Source of the DNA: Candidatus Poribacteria bacterium
GTDB lineage: Bacteria; Poribacteria; WGA-4E; WGA-3G
Length of the DNA stretch: 64,000 nucleotides
Direction of reading: 5' to 3'
NCBI GenBank assembly: GCA_965205015.1
Contig: OZ242029.1
Location: 2,720,001 to 2,784,000, forward strand
The stretch's first letter is position 1. Each line of letters begins with the position of its first letter. The notes under the pieces are model-generated. The model was not told the origin of the DNA. It saw only the letters and a list, made by a program, of their open reading frames with translations, and did not search any database. The translations under genes and the position numbers were made by a program. This document shows, piece by piece, positions 29,810 to 38,280 of the stretch.

Positions 29810-30212
29810 ATACCTCAACTATTTCTCGTCTTTCCGACCCGTTTCACTCAACAAAGTCAAGGCTTTCTTTTGGATGTCGAGTGCCACGGCTAATCTCCCA
29901 ACGTGTTGCTCCAGTTGAGCGATCCGTTCCGTATCCTCCTTGGATGGCTTACCGCTTGATTCAAAAAGGGAGGCGGCATTTTCAAGGAGTTGCTGTTTCC
30001 ATTTTGAAAGTTGTTCTTCGCTGATGTTATGTCGCTGACACAGTTCCGCTTGGGAACTTTCACCGCGGAGTGCCTCAAGGACAACTTTCGCTTTAAACTC
30101 AGGGGTGAAGTTTCTTCGTTTTCGTTTCGTCATCGGAGACTCCTTTCAAGTGGATTGGTATTATAGCACAATCTTGGTTTAGAGAGTGGCCCGAATTTCC
30201 GGTGGCAGTACA
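29810..30212 (-). mobile_element. Truncated IS3-family element (left end + orfA only)
   Basis: Left end TGTACTGCCACCGGAAATTCGGGCCAC; orfA 29819-30133 RRNFTPEFKAKVV...SKWKQQ; orfB absent. Confidence 0.85.
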
Positions 30213-30259
30213 ACCTACCGCCTTTCACTTTTTCAGATTTTGTGAGTTGTTTTGGCTGT

Positions 30260-30729
30260 TTATGGATTGGCAGTTCGTTGTTGTTTGAGTGTTTCGATTT
30301 CTTGGGTAAAAGACTCTATTTTTTCTTCTTGGTTGCGTATACGTTGTTCAATTACCCTCCTCTCTTCAGGGGTGAGTTCCTCAATCCGTTTTTCCACCAG
30401 TTCGAGAACAATTTTTCAAAAGATTCTTGCGACTGTATCCGATCTGTTCTACTACGCCATGCTATGAAAATTTGTGGAATGCCAACGGCTAAGACGATGA
30501 GGGCTATGAGTCCGCCTATAAGGGTTGTAACGAGCGAAAGTCTCTTATCAATGCTCTCATTCTTAGTGTTGATATGCTCTTTCATTCGCGTCTTGGAGTT
30601 GTTAATTTCTTTCTGGACTTCCTCCTTAACAATCAAGCGGATTTTATCAAGATCAGCATCCGCTAACTCACCAAGTGCAGGCATCGCGATTGCACAGAAC
30701 AGTATTGAGATAAGCAAAACAATTTTCAT
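30260..30729 (-). pseudogene. Signal peptide-coil-TM-coil family protein with an apparent 1-nt frameshift
   Basis: Similar to 54570-55076 (ALIVLAVGIPQ); coding continues in another frame after the A5 run at 30412-30416 to ...EIETLKQQRTANP*. Confidence 0.7.
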
Positions 30730-30879
30730 GATAATACCTTTTTTGTGCTGTGTTCGGGGTCAGTGATGCGGATAGTATAGTAGTTTCAGCAGTGTTTGTC
30801 AAGAAGAAAAAGGCTTTTCTGTACATCTATAAACCCGCACAGAAATCCCAATTTAAAAATGTTATAAAAACGTAACATT

Positions 30880-32184
30880 TTATCGGAAAAGATATTTCGG
30901 TGCCAACACCGTTAACGACACACCGCGGGCAATTAGAAGCAGTGTGAGCGCGCCCCATAGTCCATGATTCCCAAAAGGCATCAACAGATAGATTGCGCTT
31001 AAATAGAGCAGTGTTGACAGAATTGCAGAGTTCCGTAAGGCTCTTGAGGCAGTCGCCCCAAGGAAAATACCGTCCCAAATGTAGGCGGCGACGTTAATCA
31101 CGGGGGCGACGATTACCCAAATAAGATAAACTTCTGCATGTTCGACAAGCGACATCTGATCTGTAAAAACATACAGCAATCGTTCTCCAAAGCACACAAA
31201 CGTTAGCGTAATCACACCTGCGAACAGGAATGCCCAGAGGAAGATGAGGCGCGTTGTCTGTTTCAGATTTTGGAGGTCCTGCGCGCCTTTGTATTTGCCA
31301 ACCATACTTTCTGCTGCAAAAGCGAAACCGTCAATCGCGTAGGACAATAGATTAATATACTGCAACAGAATGGTGTTAATTGCCAAGAAGGTATCACTCA
31401 AGGCGGCGGATTTTGCGGTGAAATAGGCATGACTGAATACGAGGCAGCACGTCCTGATGAAGATATCCGCACTGATGTTAAGGAACCGCTTGAGTTTAGA
31501 AAATGCTAAGATTTCTCGGAAATTCCATTTTGGCAAAATACCGCGATAATATCTCGAAAAGAGGAGAACTGCTATAAATAATCCGATATACTGCGCAATG
31601 ACAGTCGCTAAAGCGATTCCGTCTACCTTCATGTTGAGTAGCCTCACAAATACCAGATTTAAGACGATATTGGCGAGGTTCACCACAATGGTCAGTAACA
31701 TTGGGTAGCGGGCATTCTGTAACCCCAAAAATACACCGTGAAAGGCGTGCAGACACAATGTTGCAGGCGCAGCATAGATACGGATATGGAAGTAGATGCG
31801 GGCGAGATGTTCTACATCAGGACTCGCATCAATGAGGCGGAAACTGAGATCAATTAGCTGCCACTGGAGGATAAGGAGTAATAGGCTTGACGTGATACCG
31901 ATGCATATCGCTCTTAGCAGCAAATGTCCACATTCTCGGAGGTCGTTTTCTCCGAAGGCTTGCGCTGTCAATCCCGTGGTTGTCATTCGGAGAAACCCAA
32001 ATCCCCAATAGATAAAACTGAAGATAACGCCACCGATGCCGACTGCACCGAGGTAATGCGCGGATTCTAACCGCCCCATTAAAGCAGTATCCACAACACC
32101 TAGAAGCGGGATGGAAAAATTGCTAATGATATTCGGTAGTGTGAGTCGATAGATTTGCTTATTGATTTCTTGAGGGGTATGCAT
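30880..32184 (-). CDS. MATE efflux transporter (DinF-like)
   Basis: PNIISNFSIPLLGVVDT, FGFLRMTTTGLTAQAFG; many TM segments. Confidence 0.95.
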   Translation of the reverse strand: MHTPQEINKQIYRLTLPNIISNFSIPLLGVVDTALMGRLESAHYLGAVGIGGVIFSFIYWGFGFLRMTTTGLTAQAFGENDLRECGHLLLRAICIGITSSLLLLILQWQLIDLSFRLIDASPDVEHLARIYFHIRIYAAPATLCLHAFHGVFLGLQNARYPMLLTIVVNLANIVLNLVFVRLLNMKVDGIALATVIAQYIGLFIAVLLFSRYYRGILPKWNFREILAFSKLKRFLNISADIFIRTCCLVFSHAYFTAKSAALSDTFLAINTILLQYINLLSYAIDGFAFAAESMVGKYKGAQDLQNLKQTTRLIFLWAFLFAGVITLTFVCFGERLLYVFTDQMSLVEHAEVYLIWVIVAPVINVAAYIWDGIFLGATASRALRNSAILSTLLYLSAIYLLMPFGNHGLWGALTLLLIARGVSLTVLAPKYLFR

Positions 32185-32402
32185 AGAGAGTCCTGTTCTG
32201 TCGATGCAGTATAACTTACCACGAACTCAGGTGGAAAGCAAAGGACATTTTATATCAATGAGATTGTGGCATAGGTGTTCACGCGTTGTGATCTTTACGA
32301 ATAATAGAGACACTCCAAAAAACAAAGAAAAATTATCTACAGTGCAACAAAATAACAAATCCTGCTCTACACAAAACAGGATTCGTGCGTGCTATATTTT
32401 CG

Positions 32403-32493
32403 GGACTTACGCAGCATCCTTTGCTGGCGGGGTTTGAAACCTCACCAGCGGCGTGTGGACCGTAGATCTTCCATAGAAATTGCGTAAGTTCTA
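32403..32493. mobile_element. MITE-like element with an internal REP-like hairpin
   Basis: Ends GGACTTACGCA / TGCGTAAGTTC; internal GCTGGCGGGGTTTGAAACCTCACCAGC. Confidence 0.6.
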
Positions 32494-32537
32494 TTTTTCT
32501 TGTAATTTCACGAGAAATTGAGTATACTATTTAACTA

Positions 32538-33410
32538 ATGAAAGATTGGTGCTATGCGTTTGCAGCCAAATCAATCGGCTTCTGTGTATCTCGACTGCCG
32601 CGCTCGGTGGCATTGGCTATCGGTGGAGGGTTGGGTAAGCTGGTATTCTATCTGGCACCACAGCAGAGGGAGTTGGCATGTGAACACTTACGGTGCTGCT
32701 TGACGTTCCCAAGTGAACGCCGAGTCGAAGCAGTGGCGAAACAGTGCTTTGAAAACTTGGGCAAGACTGTGATAGAGTTCATGCAGTTCCCACGCTTGGA
32801 TAGGGCGCAGATTCAACGATATGTCACTTTTGAAGGCATCGAGCATGTACAACAAACCCTTGCGCTTGGGAAAGGGGCAATCATTCTAACGGGGCATTTT
32901 GGGAATTGGGAGCTTCTGGCTGCCAGCATTTCTGCTACGATTGCGCCGCTCACACCCATAGTTCGTGAATTACGTTCGCCCCGTCTAAACGCCTTAGTCT
33001 CCAGTTACCGAGAGCAAGCGGGGTATAGAACGATTGATAGAGATACAGGGGTGCGCCACGCGCTGCGATGTCTCAAACGGAATGAACTGCTCGGTATTGT
33101 CGCCGATGTGGATACAGCCGTGAGTGGTGTTTTTGTCGATTTTTTCGGTAGGCATGCCTATACACCCTACAGTCCCGTCGCTATTGCCCTCAAAACGGGG
33201 GCGGCGATATTGCCAACGTTCATTATCCGTCAACCCAACGGTTCGCACCACGCAATTATCGAACCGCCCTTAGTGTTGAAACAGACAGATGCGAAAGAAA
33301 AAGACCTTGTTGCTAACACGCAGAAATTCACAAAAATTATTGAATCCTACATCCGACGCTATCCGACGCAGTGGATTTGGATGCATCGTCGGTGGAAAAC
33401 ACAACCGTAG
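32538..33410 (+). CDS. lpxL: Lipid A late acyltransferase (LpxL/HtrB family)
   Basis: GHFGNWE, VDFFG, PTQWIWMHRRWK; sits before the lpt genes. Confidence 0.88.
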   Translation: MKDWCYAFAAKSIGFCVSRLPRSVALAIGGGLGKLVFYLAPQQRELACEHLRCCLTFPSERRVEAVAKQCFENLGKTVIEFMQFPRLDRAQIQRYVTFEGIEHVQQTLALGKGAIILTGHFGNWELLAASISATIAPLTPIVRELRSPRLNALVSSYREQAGYRTIDRDTGVRHALRCLKRNELLGIVADVDTAVSGVFVDFFGRHAYTPYSPVAIALKTGAAILPTFIIRQPNGSHHAIIEPPLVLKQTDAKEKDLVANTQKFTKIIESYIRRYPTQWIWMHRRWKTQP

Positions 33411-33996
33411 GGGTTGGGTTACCCGACCCGTACAGATCCTCACACTGTTGTATCTCTGTCTGTTACTTTGCATAATTTGTTGTAAAAATACAGAGACCCC
33501 CGTCAGTGCAACTGATGAACCCGTAGGGACAATCCCGACGCAGAAAGTAGATGGATTTTCTACACAACACACCGAAGCAGGTGTTATCAAATGGACGCTT
33601 GTCGGAGATACCTCAACGTTTCACGGAAGTTACATTGACGTGCAAAATCCGACGGTCCAGATTTTTGAAGACGGTGTTGTTTCTATGACCGTGAAGAGCC
33701 AGAAGGGTAAACAGTTCCTCACGGGGAGCGAGAAAAACAATCTCCATTTCATAGGAGATGTCGTCGGTGTTAGCGAGGATGGCACTTTATATAGTGAGAT
33801 TCTCTATTGGCAAAACCTTGCGGGCAGGTTGTACGGTCCCGATGAAGTCACACTTGTACGTGGAGATTCCACATGGGTCGGAACAGAGATGTATGCAAAT
33901 CCGACGCTCAAAACTGTAAAAATGAAAGATAATCAATTCAAACTTCACCCAAAAGATGAGAAAGCACATGAACACCACGAACCCCCAACTGAATAA
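33289..33996 (+). CDS. lptC: LPS export protein LptC-like; start uncertain (ATG 33289 or TTG 33448)
   Basis: N-terminal hydrophobic anchor, beta-jellyroll pattern (KWTL, TLYSEILYW), synteny with lptA/lptB. Confidence 0.8.
   Translation: MRKKKTLLLTRRNSQKLLNPTSDAIRRSGFGCIVGGKHNRRGWVTRPVQILTLLYLCLLLCIICCKNTETPVSATDEPVGTIPTQKVDGFSTQHTEAGVIKWTLVGDTSTFHGSYIDVQNPTVQIFEDGVVSMTVKSQKGKQFLTGSEKNNLHFIGDVVGVSEDGTLYSEILYWQNLAGRLYGPDEVTLVRGDSTWVGTEMYANPTLKTVKMKDNQFKLHPKDEKAHEHHEPPTE
33407..33433. repeat. REP-like palindrome at the lpxL/lptC junction
   Basis: GTAGGGGTTGGGTTACCCGACCCGTAC; its GTAG supplies the lpxL stop codon. Confidence 0.7.
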
Positions 33997-34891
33997 AAGT
34001 AAGCATAAACAGAGATTTCAGTTTCGCAAATTTTGCAATTTTTGTGTGTACGCCGGTTTTCTAACTCTTTTTGTCTGTTTTATTTCACTGACGCTCCGGG
34101 CGGAGGAGACAGAAACGGAAGAAAGCCCATCATCCGTCAGCACTGCGGAAATTCAAACGCCAGAAGACGCTGTCGAACAGAATGGCACTGCTGAAGATAC
34201 GGATACTGCACCAGGAATGACGAAAGAGATAATCACGGGTACATCAAAAAGGATGGAGAGTTATGAGCAGGAAGGCATAACGATTCTTATTGACGAAGCC
34301 AAGACCGTCCGGCGTGATGAGCAGGGAATTGAGATCGGGTTTCTCAACGCTGATAAAATCACCCTCAAGCGCGACTTAGAGACTGGAACAACAAAGGAAA
34401 TTGTCGCTGAGGGCAATGTAGAAATCCGGGATCAAGATATCTTTGCGACCTGTGACCATGCGATCATGAACAATCTGACGAGTACTATTATTCTTCAAGA
34501 TAACGTCGTGGTCTTACAAAACAAGGATCGGCTCGAAACCAAATACTTCACTTTTAATCGGGTGACCGGGAAACAGACTGCCGAGGGTGACGTTAAATTT
34601 AAGGTTACCGTTACACAGGCACAACCGGTAGATGCGGAGGCGGGTGAGGACACCGAAAGCGGCACAGACACCGACGAGGAAAACACTTCTGCAACGACTC
34701 CTGAGGAGACAGAAGATCAGTCCGAAGCGGAAACAGGTACTGATAATGCTGAGGGTGATACAGCAGATGAGCCTGATACAGGTGCTGAAAACTCTGAAGA
34801 TCCGGATTCGGCAGAAGAAACTGATACAGACCCCGAAAACTCCGATGATGCGGATTCAAGCACTGAAACGGAAGAATCCGGGAGCAATTGA
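33956..34891 (+). CDS. lptA: LptA/OstA-like protein with acidic low-complexity tail
   Basis: LNADKI, IVAEGNVEI, ATCDHA, LQDNVVVLQ; lies between lptC and lptB. Confidence 0.8.
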   Translation: MRKHMNTTNPQLNKSKHKQRFQFRKFCNFCVYAGFLTLFVCFISLTLRAEETETEESPSSVSTAEIQTPEDAVEQNGTAEDTDTAPGMTKEIITGTSKRMESYEQEGITILIDEAKTVRRDEQGIEIGFLNADKITLKRDLETGTTKEIVAEGNVEIRDQDIFATCDHAIMNNLTSTIILQDNVVVLQNKDRLETKYFTFNRVTGKQTAEGDVKFKVTVTQAQPVDAEAGEDTESGTDTDEENTSATTPEETEDQSEAETGTDNAEGDTADEPDTGAENSEDPDSAEETDTDPENSDDADSSTETEESGSN

Positions 34892-35634
34892 GGATTGTGG
34901 CAATAGAACTACAAGCACACGGACTCGTAAAACGCTATACACGGCGCGGTCCCATCGTGGTTAACGAGGTGAGTCTATCGGTACAACAGGGCGAAATCGT
35001 CGGTCTGCTCGGTCCCAACGGAGCTGGGAAATCAACGACCTTTTACATGGTGGTGGGTCTGATTCGCCCGAATGCAGGTAGAATTACCTATGCCGATAAG
35101 GACATTACTTTCTACCCGATGTATAAGCGTGCAAGACTTGGCATCGGCTACCTTGCACAAGAAACATCTATTTTTCGTAAACTGACGGTTCAACAGAACA
35201 TTGAGGCAATCCTTGAGGTACAAGGGGTACCAAAATCGGAACGGGAACCTCGCATTCGTGAGTTGACGGACGAACTCGGCATTTCAAATCTGTTACCACG
35301 CAAGGCATATACACTCTCGGGGGGTGAGTGTCGCCGTGCAGAAATAGCACGCGCCCTTGCGGCACAACCTAATTTCATTCTGCTCGATGAACCGCTCTCT
35401 GGAATAGATCCGATTGCTGTCGCGGATATCAAGCAGCTCATTGGCCACTTGCGTGACCGCAATTTAGGTGTGCTCATTACGGATCATAATGCCGCTGAAA
35501 CACTTGATATTGTTGACAGGGCGTACATCATTGTTGATGGAAAGATTACACTCACTGGAACCCCTACAGAACTCATTAACAGTGAGACTGCAAGAGACCT
35601 GTATTTTGGACACAATTTCTCCTATCGGGTTTAA
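34888..35634 (+). CDS. lptB: LPS export ABC ATPase
   Basis: GLLGPNGAGKSTTFY, RARLGIGYL, LSGGE, LITDHN. Confidence 0.97.
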   Translation: MRIVAIELQAHGLVKRYTRRGPIVVNEVSLSVQQGEIVGLLGPNGAGKSTTFYMVVGLIRPNAGRITYADKDITFYPMYKRARLGIGYLAQETSIFRKLTVQQNIEAILEVQGVPKSEREPRIRELTDELGISNLLPRKAYTLSGGECRRAEIARALAAQPNFILLDEPLSGIDPIAVADIKQLIGHLRDRNLGVLITDHNAAETLDIVDRAYIIVDGKITLTGTPTELINSETARDLYFGHNFSYRV

Positions 35635-35755
35635 TGGTTGTCGGTTTTCGGTTCGGATTTTTTTCAAAAAATCCTTTTGATTGTCGGAGGAATGGTTGTC
35701 GGAGGAATAGTTGTCAGTAGACCGATAACTGTTAGCTCCGGTAACTAATGATCAA

Positions 35756-37612
35756 ATGTACAAAGCGCAACTTACCCAAACACCCCAATTAACACAGAAA
35801 ACGTCCATTACACCGAGGTTACAGCAGGCACTTAAAGTGCTAAATATGCCACGGCAGGAACTGACACAATTCGTCAGTCAACAACTCGAGCAGAACCCCT
35901 TGTTAGAGCTCGAGGAATTCTTAGAATCCGAAGAAGATGACGACACGCCACACCACACCGAGGAATGGGATACAACACCTGAATGGAATGAACCCGAAGA
36001 AAAAATACTTGCTCCGGAAGATAACACTGTTGATATTGATTGGGAAACGGACTTTGAGGACCGTGTATCTCTCAGTGAACGGATAAATTCCACACACTCG
36101 GACACTGACGAACTCCAATCAGATCCGGCACATGAACGCTCGCTCCACGAGCATCTTGCTGAACAGCTGGAACTTGTCTCACCTGAGGTTATAGCCTCGG
36201 AAACAGAACGCGCCATCGGGGAGCAGATTCTCGGAAATCTAAACGATGATGGGCAATTAGAACTGAAACTGTTTCAAATTCCGTGTGAATTCTTGTCCCA
36301 ACTCGATGAAGAAGAGCTTTCAATAGAACTGCACATTTTTATTCAGAAAAATTTACAATCTGCAACGGGCGACCCTGACGCTCAATTTTCGGAGACTTCT
36401 ACAATTACTGTGGAAGATACAATGACCTCTTCCACAGAAAATGGCGGTATGTCCGCAAATCGGGCGTGGAAAATTAACGACAAAGCGCATAAAAAGAGCT
36501 ATACTATACTATACGAGTATATGCCCGGCACCCAGACGACAGCACTTAATTTTTACCAACTTACGTTGGATGATATTGCCGAAACTGTTGGCTGTGATAC
36601 ATCACTCGTTGAGGCTGTACTCCGTAAAATACAGGATAGTTTTGAACCTCTTGGAATAGCCCATCGGGATGTAAGAGAGGCATTACTGATACAGATTCGC
36701 AATTATGAATCAGCAGTCAGTAAAGAGACGGGGAGGGAAAGCTGGAAGAAAGGAACAATGCGGTGCCTTGCCCAGAAAATCATTGAAAACCACTTTGATA
36801 CTTTTCTGAATCAACAATGGGATTGCATCGCGGAGGCCCTGGGGGTTGACATGCTGACGATTGAAGCAGCCGCGAAGTGGATAGGAAGGCTATCACCTTA
36901 CCCGGGACGCTATTTCGCAGATCCAACGACTCGATTGCTGAAAAAATCCTCTGCAACAGAGAGCATCACACCAGACGTGGAGATACAATATCTCAATGGA
37001 AAATACCAGGCTATCGCTGTAGACAATCACATACCGCGCTTACGGATGAATCCTTACTATGTAAATCTGATGCGAAATGGTCAAAATACCTTGGATGCTG
37101 AAGCAAAAGAATGGATAGAGAAACGGTATCGTGACGCAACGAATTTGCTCAGCAGTCTTGTGCAACGAGGGAGCACAATCGCCCGGGTCACCGAAGAAAT
37201 TTTTGAGGTGCAAACGGAATTTCTAACACAAAGCGTTAAAAGTATTAAACCCCTAACTTTGAAAACAATAGCTGAAAAAATAGGAATTCACGAATCAACC
37301 GTCAGTCGAGTAACAAGCAATAAATATGTGCAAACCCCGCACGGCGTGTATCCCCTTCGGTTCTTCTTTAGTAATGAATTAGCGACTACACAGGGAGACG
37401 GAGTCTCTGCCAAACAGGTAAAAAATCTCATTCAAGAGATGGTTGATGCCGAGGTCCCCTCGAAACCGCTCAGCGATCAAGCAATCAGTAATGCCTTGAA
37501 GGCAAAAGGTATCTTGCTCGCAAGGCGAACCGTTCAGAAATATCGCGATGAATTGGGCATTCCAACATCCCGTAAAAGGTCGGCTGCCCGACCGGATTCT
37601 CGCAGCAATTGA
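35756..37612 (+). CDS. rpoN: RNA polymerase sigma-54 with a ~100 aa insertion
   Basis: Q/L-rich N-terminus, NPLLE, HESTVSR, RpoN box ARRTVQKYR. Confidence 0.96.
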   Translation: MYKAQLTQTPQLTQKTSITPRLQQALKVLNMPRQELTQFVSQQLEQNPLLELEEFLESEEDDDTPHHTEEWDTTPEWNEPEEKILAPEDNTVDIDWETDFEDRVSLSERINSTHSDTDELQSDPAHERSLHEHLAEQLELVSPEVIASETERAIGEQILGNLNDDGQLELKLFQIPCEFLSQLDEEELSIELHIFIQKNLQSATGDPDAQFSETSTITVEDTMTSSTENGGMSANRAWKINDKAHKKSYTILYEYMPGTQTTALNFYQLTLDDIAETVGCDTSLVEAVLRKIQDSFEPLGIAHRDVREALLIQIRNYESAVSKETGRESWKKGTMRCLAQKIIENHFDTFLNQQWDCIAEALGVDMLTIEAAAKWIGRLSPYPGRYFADPTTRLLKKSSATESITPDVEIQYLNGKYQAIAVDNHIPRLRMNPYYVNLMRNGQNTLDAEAKEWIEKRYRDATNLLSSLVQRGSTIARVTEEIFEVQTEFLTQSVKSIKPLTLKTIAEKIGIHESTVSRVTSNKYVQTPHGVYPLRFFFSNELATTQGDGVSAKQVKNLIQEMVDAEVPSKPLSDQAISNALKAKGILLARRTVQKYRDELGIPTSRKRSAARPDSRSN

Positions 37613-37645
37613 TTTTGGATTCTTGAAAAAAACAGGAGGATCGCA

Positions 37646-38206
37646 ATGAAAGTAACGTACTCGGGACATAATTTGAAAATTACAGATGATATTCACGCGT
37701 ATATCCTCAAGCGTGCCGATAAAATTGAGTCGCGTTTCGACGGGATGCAAGAACTCAATGTCGTTCTCAAATCTGAGAAACACCGGTTTGATGCTGAGAT
37801 GATAGTGACAGCACCCCGTGTGTCCTTCTATGCCAAAAGTGAGACGCATGAGATCCTCTCTGCTCTGGATACTGCTACAGATAAGATAATCAGCCAGATC
37901 CGACGTTACAGGGACCGGGTGAAAGACCGCCGAAAGAATGCCCCGCATCGGGAGGTAGTGGCACGGCTCAATCCGGAGGATATGGAGACACCTCTGGACG
38001 TTGAAGAAAATGATGCCCCTGTTGTCGTGTCAACACAGGATAAATTCGCGTCCAAACCGTTGACGCTCGCGGAAGCTACAACGGAGCTTCAAGCCTCGAA
38101 TTCTGGATTTCTTCTGTTTTTAAATGCCGAAACACGACAGGTAAACCTACTTTATGAAATGGAAACCAAGGGGACTTATGGATGGGTAGAACCCCTCTTC
38201 GCCTAA
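37646..38206 (+). CDS. hpf: Long ribosome hibernation promoting factor
   Basis: Sigma54-modulation/S30AE pattern with C-terminal KPLTLAEA...FLLF.N domain; follows rpoN. Confidence 0.92.
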   Translation: MKVTYSGHNLKITDDIHAYILKRADKIESRFDGMQELNVVLKSEKHRFDAEMIVTAPRVSFYAKSETHEILSALDTATDKIISQIRRYRDRVKDRRKNAPHREVVARLNPEDMETPLDVEENDAPVVVSTQDKFASKPLTLAEATTELQASNSGFLLFLNAETRQVNLLYEMETKGTYGWVEPLFA

Positions 38207-38280
38207 TGGTGGCATGTGCCAAATAGCCGTCAACTGTCGGCTATCGGCTGTCAGTAACGAACCGCAAGGAAAATAAAAAA

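Noticed and set aside
26567-29810. Bona fide integron cassette array
   Set aside because: No integrase, and no RYYYAAC...GTTRRRY pair forming a 55-141 nt attC hairpin could be assembled.
36255-36565. Intein in RpoN
   Set aside because: No N-terminal Cys/Ser block or C-terminal His-Asn followed by Cys/Ser/Thr at the insert borders.
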